A stretch of 64,000 nt of DNA, taken from assembly GCA_964016885.1 (NCBI GenBank), contig OZ024742.1:189658001-189722000 (forward strand), written 5' to 3'. Shown piece by piece: positions 38,911 through 52,048 of the stretch. The position numbers and the translations under genes were made by a program. Source of the DNA: Eledone cirrhosa. Its lineage: Eukaryota. Under the pieces are notes generated by a model. It did not search any database and was not told the origin of the DNA. It saw only the letters and a program-made list of their open reading frames with translations. Numbering within the stretch: position 1 is the stretch's first letter; each line of letters starts with the position of its first letter.

Positions 38911-41197
38911 TATATTATATACCGTCATCATCATCGATTAATGTCCATTTTCCCCACTAGCATATATACATATCCTAGAAATCAAACAATTATGTAAAAG
39001 TTTTGTTTTTGATCCGTGCACATATAAGATTTTATCTGAGCTGACATTAATGTGTCTCCGTAAAATTAAAGACAACAAACCACTCATAAATTATATCTCC
39101 AAAGCATACAAATATCTCAAGCTTTCATTAGCTTCAGAGAGATAGATATTCTTAGTTAAGATATCTCTTGATTGAAAATATATTCCATTTAAGCTCCCCT
39201 ATTTCATATAGCCTATATCTCAATGTCAACTTAATACAATTAATGAGAAAAAAAGAAGTGGAGAAAGAAAGATTAGATAATAGAAGGAAATGGATAGGAA
39301 AGGCTACCTCTAAATGCTTGACTGGGTGGAGTATCTCGGTAGCCCTATGCAGAGAAGATGTCAAAAGCACTTCTGCAGAGAACTGAGAGCAACAACTGTT
39401 CTATCAGCCTTCCACCCCTCAGGACCAGTTTATCAGGTGTGATGTACTACTTCCAATTTTGCAAAGAAAACAAGGTCTCCAGATGTCTTGAAGGAAACTG
39501 TCATAAAAAAGAAGCAGTTGATCTAATTCAAGTATATGGATATCTTCCACTTTTGCTTTACAGGCATCAGTGCTTTGGTTTGTAGCCAAGAAATGTGGCT
39601 TCACAGATTCGAGATCTACTCCTCTCGAATGGAAAAAAGATTATCCGATCTGGATGCTTACCCTAACCCTAGTACAGACTGGTTGGCTCTAATTGTGATC
39701 AGAAACCTGCCATGTGAAAGCTTCTTCTGATCACATAATTCAAGACAACCTTAGCTTGTGAAGCATCAGCTTTTACTAACTTATTCAAAATAGTATCTAT
39801 ATATAATAATAAACTTTGTGGTTTTGTTTACTGTCATGCTAAGAGCTAGTATGGTTATAGTAGTCTTTTAAACAACAAATAGAAAGAGAGTGAATGACAG
39901 CAAATATAAAATTGATATAAGTGGAAAGATGAGGTGTTTATCACATTGCACTAATGGGCAAACATGGGAAAGAGGAAGTAAGTGAGAGAATGAAAATGAG
40001 AGTGGGGGTGGAGTATGAGGTTAAATTTATGTTCCTTTAACCCATTTGATACCAACTCACCTAATATCTCCTTTGTATCTATGAATGAGAATCACACATA
40101 ATTTTATATTAGAATATTTTATGCTACAAATACCATCTTAATGTAATTATAATTTTAGTATATTCTTTACAAATCCTTTATGATAGTTAAAATTTAATGT
40201 ATTTCATTAGAAATATGACAACTAAAGGATTAAGCAACATTTGCATACTAATATATAATGAAAATCTTGAAGTCTTTATCGAAATCATAGTTTAATATAA
40301 ATATTGTGATACAGATCTTCTGGAATAATTATAATTACATGTAAATCTTTCAGTTGTGTCTTATTTTATTAACATTCAACACAATAAAAAGCATTTTAAG
40401 CCTATATTCCAGGCTAAAACTGGGATTAGGCTTGCAGACTCCATCTTAGACTTCATACTTTTCATGGGATTTATTTTGAGGCAATGTTTTACAGCTAGAT
40501 GTTGTTCTTGGCATCAATCCTTTCAGTCACCTCCTACAACATACAAGGATATGATGTACATATTCTAAAGTGGATGGAGCCTTATTTCAGTTTTTACTAT
40601 TTTATTAACAGAGCCAAATTAATTTGAAAAATTGAAATGGAAACACCAAAACAAGAAAATATATTTAGTATTTATTTATAAACCGTTGCATACTTTATTT
40701 TGAATAGAAACACTCCTAAAAAAAAACTAATTTTATAAAAGAAAATAACATAAAGACATTCCAGTCAAGCAAAACGTTTGTTTTGTAGGAAAAAGTTTTA
40801 TATCAAAATATAATTCAAAGGAAATATTTTTTTTATTATTTGTAAATATATAACACTAATTTGATATTATATTAAATTATATATATTGCATAACCATTGA
40901 ATGCTATATTGACTGCTATATTGACTGACTGGTCATGACAGGAATGCCTTTCTGATATTTCCTATGATAGAATTTATTGAAGCACAAGTAAATTTTCTGA
41001 AGTTCACACTATTGCAAATATTTGAACCAACCTTCTGGTTTGAGTACAACAAGGGAGGGAGGGAAGAAGGGGAAAAGGAATCTCAAACCAGAGGCCTGGC
41101 TGAAACACTTGGAATAAAGCTGCTAAAGGTGCCTAGAAGCCTCGTGTTAGTATTCTACCACATAACAGATTAAAAATTAACTAAAGTTGATAGCAAG

Positions 41198-41400
41198 ATG
41201 TATACACAAACTAATGTATATAGCTGTGCATGCACTGAAACTAAGGTATGTAGAAGTGTATATGCACACATTAAGGTAAATAACAGTTTACGTGCACAAA
41301 CAAATGTAGATGACAGTTTATACGCCCAAACTAAAGTATGTAATTATATAAACATAGCAATGTATACACCCAAACTAAGGTATATAGCTGTGTATAAACT
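41198..41400. repeat. Degenerate ~30-bp minisatellite
   Basis: Six to seven recurrences of roughly (TG)TATACRCMCAAACTAAGGTATRTARCWG. Confidence 0.7.
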
Positions 41401-41770
41401 GTAACAAAGAATATTTGGTCATTTTACCATTTCAGTTTCGATTTTACATTCTACTTCTGAGTCATTTCAAAATGTTAGTAAAATCAGAAAGAACAAAACT
41501 TTGAATATTTTATAAATAGAATTATGATATCTTTAAAAGATTAACTAGTAAATATACTATCATCATATTTAAATAGAGTTTTATAACTATCATTACACAT
41601 TCATTGCACCAGTTACAAATCTTACATCTAAAAACGCCCTCATTTTTTTACAGCTCAAACATCTATGCGCTTATATATATAACATTGTGAGAATCACAGT
41701 AAGCCCTTCATTTACAAATTACATCGTCCTGAACAGATGTTTTGTTCTCTATAATAAATGAATTGGATCA

Positions 41771-41804
<34 letters not shown>

Positions 41805-41809
<5 letters not shown>

Positions 41810-41980
41810 TGTTTCTACTTTTGGCACAAGGCCAGCAATTACCCAGTACATTACTGGTACTTTATTTTATCGAAAGGCAAAGTTAACCTCGACAGGATTT
41901 GAACTCAGACCGTAAAGGGACGTAACTATGCTGGAAAGCATAGCGTCCGACTCTCTACCGATACTGCCAATCCACCGCCC
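41805..41980 (-). mobile_element. SINE family 1 copy inside an (AAT)n array
   Basis: Full head with a small internal deletion; AAT repeats on both sides. Confidence 0.88.
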
Positions 41981-42014
<34 letters not shown>

Positions 42015-42414
42015 TAATAATTTACTGTACTGCCACTCTTGTCACAGCAAAATTATTCATCAACTATACAGTGAAAAGTAAAGTAAAAATTTCATATTCC
42101 ATATCATAATTGAATAAGTTTATATTGTACAACAATGCAAATTATATTAAAAACAATAAGACCTAGGTTACATTCAGTTTAGCAGTATATTAACAAACAG
42201 ACCTTCCCCTGTTATTTTTTTAAATCAAGGGCTTACTGTATTGGTCTCCACATAGTTCAAAGGGATTCAGTAAGAAATTTATAAATGGTTTTATTCATCG
42301 TCCTGAACAGATGTTTTGTTTTCTATAATAAATAGCACTGCAAACAATGTTGACAATATGGATACACTAGTAAATTAATAATTGCTTGTCTCACAACAAT
42401 ATTTACATTTCTAA

Positions 42415-42756
42415 AGTTTTTTTGTATCAACTATTGCCTAATTGATGGTCAACTTTGCCTTTCATCATTTTGAGGTCAATAAATAAAGTACCAGTCTAGT
42501 ACTAGGATCGATTCTTCCTCTCTCTGGAAGCAATCTGCTGTACTCAGGCCTGAAGAAGGATGGGCTCCACCAGGCTTAAAATGTCCAAGAAACACTGTAT
42601 GTCAATACGGCATCCCTACAACTCTATCAGGAGTTTCGGGACTAAACCATCAATTAGGCAATAGTTGATACAAAAAAACTCAGAGAGCAGAGAGCTGGAA
42701 CAAATACCATAAAGCATTCTAGCCAACGTTCTAACGACTTTGACAATTCGCCGCCT
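42415..42756. mobile_element. Rearranged SINE: body on +, head on -, with a 35-bp inverted duplication
   Basis: 42415-42449 is the reverse complement of 42646-42680; the body is homologous to 33725-33960. Confidence 0.8.
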
Positions 42757-43026
42757 TTTTTTATGGTAGCAAATCATAAAAAGAGTAACAGAATGTCTTC
42801 CATGAAAAGAAGCTGAATATCATCCATCTGCACATTATAAAAAATATTGTGAGAAAAAATTAGGTTTGATAAAATGACCAACTGATGAGTTGTGTTTGCC
42901 AGAAAACAGTAGTTGGTGACTTATATGAAGATTACTATCAATCTTCATTGATGAGACAAATTTCCAAAGAATATCTGGCATTGAGAACTACTATGGGACA
43001 AGACACAACAACAACAAGGGTTTTAA

Positions 43027-43234
43027 CCCTTTAGCATTTACATTATTCTATATTTACTATTGTATTTTCGTGGTAAAGGCTTTATCTCACATAATATCGA
43101 ATTTATGAAATTTTGATATTATTTATTTTGAGAACAATACCATAACATCAGTATGAGCGTCTAGTTACAGCCAGTTTGAACAGAAAGAGGTGAGAGAATT
43201 CTGGCTGGATACGGCTGGTTTAAATGCTAAAGGG
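43027..43234. mobile_element. TTAA-flanked piggyBac-like MITE (best-preserved copy)
   Basis: Perfect TIRs CCCTTTAGCATTTA / TAAATGCTAAAGGG with TTAA on both sides. Confidence 0.9.
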
Positions 43235-43567
43235 TTAAGGCAATATTTCTGGTTTGGCATTAGTTGCCTTTCAAAACACAGAGATTCAATGTATTATTAA
43301 ACCAAATATACACAGTATCATAATATAGACTATCCCATCACCCACAATTGAAGATCACATGTTAGTATGTCCCATGCTCTGACTAAAGGTTTTTAAGTAT
43401 CCATGTAATCAAGAGTAGATATAGACTCTCCCACCCATTACCTAGTGGTACATCTAAGATATGATGGCAGGAGAATTTGGAGTGATTTAGTAAAATAATT
43501 TATTTCTCCATTATGAAGCTGTCATATTGTATATAACATAACAGAAGATTCATATATAAAAGTTTAA

Positions 43568-43780
43568 CCCTTTAGCATTTACATACTTAATATCTACTAT
43601 TGTATTTTTACAGTAAATGCTTTATCTCACATAATCTCAAATCTACAACATTTTAATTATGTTATTGTTTATTGTGAGAATGATATCTTTACATCATTAT
43701 GAGTGGCCAGTTATGGTCAGTTTTAATAGAAAATGGAGAGAGAATTTTGGCCAGATACGGCCAGTTTAAATGCTAAAGTG
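43568..43780. mobile_element. TTAA-flanked piggyBac-like MITE
   Basis: Same TIRs (1 mismatch) and internal sequence as 43027-43234. Confidence 0.85.
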
Positions 43781-44449
43781 TTAACAGCAAGCTTAAAATT
43801 TAGAAGAAATCTGAGAGAAGCTAGGTTAGATTCCTTGTAGGCCTCTCTGTTCACTTTTTCAGCTTCTGGGGAACATTACCTGACGTTCTTAATTATTATT
43901 TATAGTGATCAAACTATTAATATGATCAATTGTGTTCGGACATACATGCTTCAAATTTCAAACCAAATACTTCAAAATGGAGAGTAATGAATCATAGAAC
44001 CAAAGGTAATCTGAAGTTGGTCCATAGAAAAATAGTTATCAAACGTAGCTCTTACAGAGAAGGTTTTGCATTTAGCTTCACAAGACAGTAACTTCAAAAT
44101 CATTTTGGGAACACATATGACTACATAGACAGATGTAGGTATGACAGAGAAGTTTCAGCTTGGAGGTAGAAAGAATCTGGAACCCACTAGTTTGTTGGTT
44201 TGTTATAGGTGTGTAACACATGAATATAATTTTGACTATGTTTAAGAATTGATTATTTTCTTCTATTTTCTGAAAACATATGTTGCTTTATATTTATAAA
44301 TTATATTAAAAATATGCATGTGATAGATGTTTCATATATTCTAATTAAAAATTGCTAAATTGCATTATTTTCTATTCATATCTGCAAAATAAGAATTTTG
44401 GCCATTTTATGTTATCTAAAAATTATTTCTGTTATCCATTTTATTACAG

Positions 44450-45194
44450 AACAAGTTTGAATTTCCCTCAGATCCCATCAGCGGAATGGACAGTGACAAC
44501 AAAGGCTGTATTGAGATGAAGACACTTCCTCGTCAAGAAAGTACTGCCAGTACGGATACTTATGCCAGCTGTTTCACACACCCGCAGAGTAGTCCTTCTA
44601 TTACAGGACGACCGAATGATCCAGCAAACCAGGCAAATATTTGTGTCAATCCTATGGAGGAGCCATCTTATGAAAGTCAATTACCATCTTACGAAGCTGT
44701 GATGCAATGTAATTTTGCAAATAACACATCGAACTCTGAGGTAACCAACTACCAAAAGGCTCCTCCATTGGGTAGTGCAATCTGCCAAAGTTTCAGTGGC
44801 AACGTCAACCAGCCATCTGATCAGATCATCCAAAAAATTGATGATGGTTTAACCGCAACATGGCAACGAAATGTCTTAATATCATCAGGTACAACTCCAT
44901 CATCATCTGTGGGTGATGTTAGAGCTCAAACCAAGCTTGGTAGCCATTCTGGCGGTGCTCCATCAGCAACAAAAACAGCCCTTAAACGATACAAGTCACT
45001 ATCAGGGGAAAAACATCCTCGTTTTGCAGACTCTCAGATTGAAAGAACTTATTCTTCCACAGACAATCTTCACAGATACTCAAAACCAAAGTTGAAATTT
45101 CGCAAAACATCATCTTTATCAAGTCGTCTCCATGCTAGTCCTGCTACAGGAAAAAAACTTGCAAACTATCATCTTATTGCACATTCAAAGTCAG
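44450..45194 (+). CDS. Internal coding exon of a host gene; Ser/Thr-rich region with a phospho-FFAT/PRC-like motif (possibly a Kv2/Shab-type channel C-terminus)
   Basis: ~248 stop-free codons of non-repetitive, GC-elevated sequence; acceptor TTTTATTACAG| at 44449 (alternative TTTCCCTCAG| at 44471) and consensus donor CAG|GTGAGT at 45194/45195. The gene identity is only a motif-based guess. Confidence 0.8.
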
Positions 45195-45380
45195 GTGAGT
45201 ACTGATAAATATATATGTATATTATATTTTAAATGTATGTATATGTATTTAAAGAAAGAGAGGGGAAGAGAAAGAGGAAGGAAATTAAGAAGTACCTATA
45301 TAAGATGGTTAATTTGTTTGTGTGACAAGAATGTGAATAAATCTGTACCTATCTTAGTTACTATGTATATGTATGTATGA

Positions 45381-45486
<106 letters not shown>

Positions 45487-45847
45487 GTATGCATTAAACA
45501 ATATGAAAGCCTAGAAATGAAAGGAAACATTAGCTAAAATATTTAAAAGTCTTTAAATATTAGAATAAATTTTAAAAACAACTTAAATCAGGAAATTGTT
45601 TTTAAAATAAGTTAATGCAATAACTATCCTTATCCTTAATTTTAATATTATCAATATTATTCTTGTTTCTATATCACTAATGAACTTCGATGTATCAGCA
45701 GCAGTTAATTTTTATTGCTGTTTATTAAAGTTACATAGTAACGGAATATTGTAGAAAAAACAGGAAAATGTTTCAGTCATTAAAATATTTACTGTAATTA
45801 AGTTGAAATGCAACTTTCCACGACACATCACAATGCATCTATTTTTT

Positions 45848-46284
<437 letters not shown>

Positions 46285-46879
46285 TGATTATTAATATTAT
46301 TAGATTAACAGACTTGTTAGAGTGTCAGACGAAAGGTTTTGCAGACAAATGCTTTGTTCTGGCCTTTCTAAGTTCAAATCTTGCTTTTCCTCCTTTCAGA
46401 GGTTGACAAATAAAGTACCAGTCAAGTAGGGGAGTTTATATTAAAAACTTTCCCTACTCCAAAATTTGTGTCTAAACTAGAAACAAAAGGGTTGATTGAT
46501 TCACAGAATTACCAGAAGATTGAACAAGATACTTTGCAGGTTTTGTTCAAACTCTGAGTTCACATTCTGCTGAGGTCATCTTTGCCTTTCATCATTCCAA
46601 GATCAATAAAATAAAGTACTAGTCATGAACTGGAGGTCAATATAATTAACTCTTCTTCTCCCATCAAATGTTTGACCTTTTGCCTCTATTAGAATTCATT
46701 ATTACCAATAATACAGACAGACCTTCTGTCATGTCATGTAACAAAAAACCAAGAATCATTTGGGATTCTTTTATCAGCTCAATTTTACAGTTCCTCCCTT
46801 AGGATCCCTGCAGTTCCTAATAATGGGGTTTCTGTAATAGATCTTTTGAAATTTCAATTATCATCATAAAAGCATGATG

Positions 46880-47373
46880 TCTGTGATATTGGTAGAGCAT
46901 CCGACAACATGCTTTGTGGCATATAGTTACGTCCCTTTATGTTCTAAGTTCAAATCCTGCCAAGGTTAGCTTTGCCTGTCATCCTTATGGGGTCAATAAA
47001 TAAAGCATCATTAATCCACTGCTGTCAATTTAATTGATTTTCCCTCCCCTTCAAATTGCTGGCCTTGTTCCTAATGTAGAAACAATTATTATCATTATTA
47101 TTATTATTTCTGGCAATCCATTGGCAGTCATTAGAACATTGAATAAATGCTTAGCAGTATTTGTTTCGGATCTTTACATACTGAGATCAAATCCTGTTCA
47201 GGGTTGACTTTGCTTTTCATCCTTTTAGGGTCAACAATATGAAATGCCAGTCTATTGCTATAATCAAATTCTCCTCCCCACCCTCCCCAAAATTGTGCCT
47301 AAATATGAAATAATAATTACTATTACTACTATTACCACCACTACTACTACTACTTCTGCTGTTGCTGCTGCTG

Positions 47374-47422
<49 letters not shown>

Positions 47423-47483
47423 CACTACCACCACTACTACTACTACCACCACTACTAATACTACCACCACCACTACTACTACT
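46880..47483 (+). mobile_element. Two older SINE family 1 variants followed by a (CTA/CCA)n array
   Basis: B-box GTTCAAATCC-like and core motifs at ~46950-47010 and ~47180-47250; triplet array at 47315-47483. Confidence 0.7.
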
Positions 47484-48217
47484 CAAATAATTTGCTATAC
47501 ATTATAATGTTGCATTATATTTTCCTTTAGTTGTATAAATTTGCAGTGAAACTAAATTCAAATTTTTTTTTTTTTTTTTTAGTTTAAATTAGATTATATT
47601 ATGAATTGTAAATTGGCAGCTCTGAAATTTAATGTTTTATACTAAATAAGCAACAAAGACTACCAGTTCCTTTAATAACAAATAAATTGATCAAATAAAA
47701 AATATGCCACATAACTTGATAAAGGGCACTTTGCTCAAAAGTACTGGTGTTTTAGAATATAAGGTGTCATTGGCTTATCTTTAGACAAAACCAAATTTCT
47801 TCTTCTTCCAAAAAACATTCCTTTCTTTTCATTGCTTTAGAAAAGTTTTCCAAATGCTATATTTAAAGAATTTAAGAATAAGGTGAATAAATATGAGTGT
47901 TGCTTCTACTATTCTGCTTTCAGAATAAACTTAAACTTTCAGGAATCATTAAAATTCTTCTTAATGCATTTATGAATATTTAACCATTACCATATATATT
48001 GTGCCACAATGTGTTAGTAGCTTGTTGTGTTCATATTCATCAATATTTCTTAGTTTAAGGAACTATAGTTCACTTCCTATTCTAAATTTCATATTCATTT
48101 TGTTTATGAAGAATCAACAACTTATGATTACATTTCTATATCAAAATGTCTTTTTTTTATCAATGATTAGAGCATAGAACCCACTATCTTGTATATTATA
48201 TAGTTTTGTATATATAG

Positions 48218-48251
<34 letters not shown>

Positions 48252-48321
48252 GTGTGTGTGTATGTGTGTATATATATATAAATATGTCTATATATATATA
48301 CTAATGCATATATGCATATGT

Positions 48322-48390
<69 letters not shown>

Positions 48391-48484
48391 TACACATAGA
48401 TACATATAATATTCATACATATATAAATATATCTATGTGTGTGTGTTGTGCTTTCCATTCATATATATATATATGTATGTATGT

Positions 48485-48825
48485 GAAGATGTGTGACTTA
48501 GTGGTTACAGCATCGGATTCACAATTGTGAGGCTATGGGCTTGATTCCCAGACCGAGCAGTGCATTGTGTTCTTGAGCAAGACAGTATATTTCATGGTGC
48601 TCCAGTTTACTCAGCTGTAGAAATGAGTTGCAATGTTACTGGTACCAAGCTGTATTGGCCTTTGCCTTTCCCTTGGACAACATCAGTGGCATGGAGCAAA
48701 GAGACAGGTATTCATGGATGACTACTAGTCTTCCACAAAAAAAACTTACCTGAACTTTTGCCTTGGAAGGAAAACTTTCTAGTGGCAAATACCATGGTCA
48801 TTTATGACCAAGGAGGGTCTTAACC
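48485..48825 (+). mobile_element. SINE family 2 variant
   Basis: tRNA-like head, TTCTTGAGCAAGAC, CTCCAGTTTACTCAGCTGTAGAAATGAG; 3' part resembles 22130-22315. Confidence 0.7.
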
Positions 48826-49409
48826 CTTTTTTTTATATATATGTATACATATATATACTACGATCATATATGATTATATCAAATACACTGATCAATAATT
48901 GCAATCTGCAATCATAAATCTGTCCCAAAATGATATGATTGTATTTTTTCCACTATTTAAATTATAACGTTTAAATGTTGGTATGTTGCAACCATTTTAG
49001 TTTATGATAGTATAGCATAATATTTTATTAGCTTAATTAATATGTCAGTAATTTAAACTTCAACTTACTATGAATGTAATTAAATGGCTAATTCTAAGCT
49101 CAGGAAGATATTTTTATGGAATTATCATACTTTGATTTACATTAGTAATAACATGCTTAAATACTTTTATTTAAAAAAAAATATGTATATGCAGAATGAG
49201 TTCACTAAATTTTTCTAGATCACTGAATAAAATAGAAAGTTGACATGATTCTAATGATGTTTAAAATCAATCAATTTATTATAAACTGATTTATTCAAAT
49301 TGGTGTTCTCATCTTCATTGTTATAACCACAATGTTTCCAACATTGTACCCTCTAGTTTTCATCTACAAAACAATAACATAGTCAGTATAACTGTTGTTT
49401 CAGTGTTAA

Positions 49410-49650
49410 CCCTTTAGCATTTAAATTGGCCATATCTGGCCAAAATCCACTGACCTCTTTCTGCTCAAACTGGCCATAACTGGCCACTTATACCGGTGTT
49501 AAGGTATTGTTCTCAGAATAAATAATATCAAAATCTCATAGATTCGATATTATGTGAGCTAATTATGTGAGAATACAATAGTATACTTAGAGTAATGTAA
49601 GTTATGTGAGAATACAATAATATATTTAGAGTAATGTAAATTCTAAAGGG
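49410..49650. mobile_element. TTAA-flanked piggyBac-like MITE, reverse orientation, with a ~39-bp internal tandem duplication
   Basis: TTAA-CCCTTTAGCATTTA...TAAATTCTAAAGGG-TTAA; TTATGTGAGAATACAATA..AGAGTAATGTAA occurs twice. Confidence 0.85.
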
Positions 49651-51897
49651 TTAAGTGTGCTAGCATACCTACTGATCCTGAGTTCAATTCCTTGGTTAGT
49701 GTATCAATATATACTTTAGCTTAAGTGGGATGAGCACACAACATCACAAGTCCTTTAATTAATTGATATGATGATATCCCAAGCATGTAAAATTGAATGC
49801 CAACAATTAGCCTCTGTATTTTGAATAAAGGATTCGGTTCAAAATTCCCAGGACATTATGAAAGACAAACAAACATCTGAAGACAGCACAGATTATACAA
49901 CAGGTGAAATGTTGTGATTATAACAAACAAGATGAAGGCACTAATCTGAATAAATCAGTTTATAAGAATGACTATTTCTCATCTCAAACATTCAGACACA
50001 AATCATCAGTCAATTCATATTAGATTTTAAACATTATTTATATATAAAATTTCAGTGAGAGCATTAAAAATATAGTTTGAGGTTTAAATTTCCAACTTGA
50101 ATTGTTTCTCCTTTTTTTATGACTTGTTGTTAAATATGTTTGCATTCACACACTGATACACATACAGTAATATTCAATAGGTTTAGTTTAAAGTGAATCA
50201 ATAATTCACATGCTGTTTTGAAATAACTGAGTGTGCGTGAGTGTGATGTATTATGTGTGAGGTAAGTGTGTGAACATGTGTTTGTGAGTATGTGCCTGTG
50301 ATGATTGGAAGATAATAAAAGAGGGATTTGAAGATGAAAATATATAACAGTGGTTCTGGACCTAAAGTCTTGTAAATACCTAGAGACCCTCAAAGTTAAA
50401 TCTGGGGTCTAAAAGCAAAGTTCAAAATTTCATTTATTTCTTTAAAACATAATATACATTCATGTATTTGGTATCCATTTTTCTCTAAGTATAAACATTT
50501 CTATCTTTTGATTGCTATTATCACTGTATAACCAACCATCTAAGGAGAGATAAAAATGCAGTCTGCTGGTAACAGGGCTTTTAGTCTGTGACAATTCATT
50601 TATACAAAATAGCTTCCTGGTAGTGAAATTATTGGGTACCATCAATCTCTAAGAAGGAACTATTTCAGATTTTAAAAAAGCCCCATTTAGGATTACAGCG
50701 TAGTTTACAACTAAGTAACTCCTGTTATAATTAAAAAGAAATTGAATTTTTATATGAAGGGGTTTATGAAAGCACAAGCAAAATATTTATGTATAATTAA
50801 AGATAAATTCAGTCAATTGCTAATTAATACAAGCTGATTAAACTCAGAGTCTGTAGTACTTTACTGTCTTACATTCCTTGGTGTTTGTATATAAATGGCT
50901 AAGTGTTGATAGGTTGTGGCAACTATGAAATATGTGTATGCACAAGCTCACTGTAATATGATCCCAGCTTGAAATACTCACACTCAGACTGCCTATATTG
51001 TGTATTGGTCCCTATACAACTTTATTATAAATCACACCATGTTAGTGCTATTGCTAATCTTATTTTTGTGTATAACTAAGTAATATTGTTTTCTGATTTA
51101 GGATCAAGGCCAGCAAATTTGGGGGATGGGCAAAGTCAATTAAATTGACCCCAATGTGTTACTGGTACTTTATCTTATCGACCCCAGAAGGATGAAAGGT
51201 AAAGTTGACCTCAGTCGGTTTGAACTCAGAATGTGAAGAGTGAGAACAAGTAGTACCCTATTACTAAATAATTTTAATAATAAACAGGCAGTAGATTGGC
51301 AGAAATACAAATGTGCTTTGCAGAATACCTTGTAATACTTGTTATCGTACCTTCATACTCTGAGTTCAGTTCCTGACAAGGTTGACTTTGACTTTCATCC
51401 TTCCAGTGGTCGATAAAATAATTTAGAGTTAACTGTATATTTTAGGCTAGTTTATGCCTATTGGCACATTGGTGTGATTCCAAGAGCTCTTCATTTAGCC
51501 TTCTCCTCTGCCCTTCTATGGTTTAATACTATGTCTCTGTTAGTCTTCCTTGTTTTTCTCTTTCCAGTAAGGGGCTGTTTTCTGTAGTAGGCTGGAGGTT
51601 ATGTGACAAACATGCCCAAGCTATTTCTATTGGCATGCCTGTGTTAAGTCATTCAGTCATCATTCCAGTTCTATCGTACAATTCCTCATTTGTTATTATA
51701 TTTAGCCAAAATATATTCAAACTTTGCCATGGATATTTGTTTTGAATACTAGGGTCAATATAATCGACAACACCCATTGCTTGCAGGCCTTTTACTTATG
51801 TAAGGAATCAACATTGATGATAGATATAGTGTAAAAACATTGGAAAGCATTCTGCATACATTCACACATTTTTAAGATACTAACAAATGTTTTAGAA

Positions 51898-52048
51898 CAG
51901 GGCTCAGCAACTTCTTTTAGTAACGGCCCCTTTTGTTATTTTTTTTTTTAGTTTTGCTCATGACCCACATTATATTACATATAAGCATTTGAAAAAAGTC
52001 TGTGGCCCACAAAGAACACTTCAATGGCCTACCTATTGCTGACCCTTA
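51898..52048. mobile_element. Short hAT-like MITE
   Basis: TIRs CAGGGCTCAGCAA / TTGCTGACCCTTA; near 8-bp TSD TTTTAGAA / TTTTAGAG. Confidence 0.65.

Noticed and set aside
44450-45194. Assigning the symbol Shab/KCNB
   Set aside because: It rests on one short motif; no T1, transmembrane or pore exons were found in the window.
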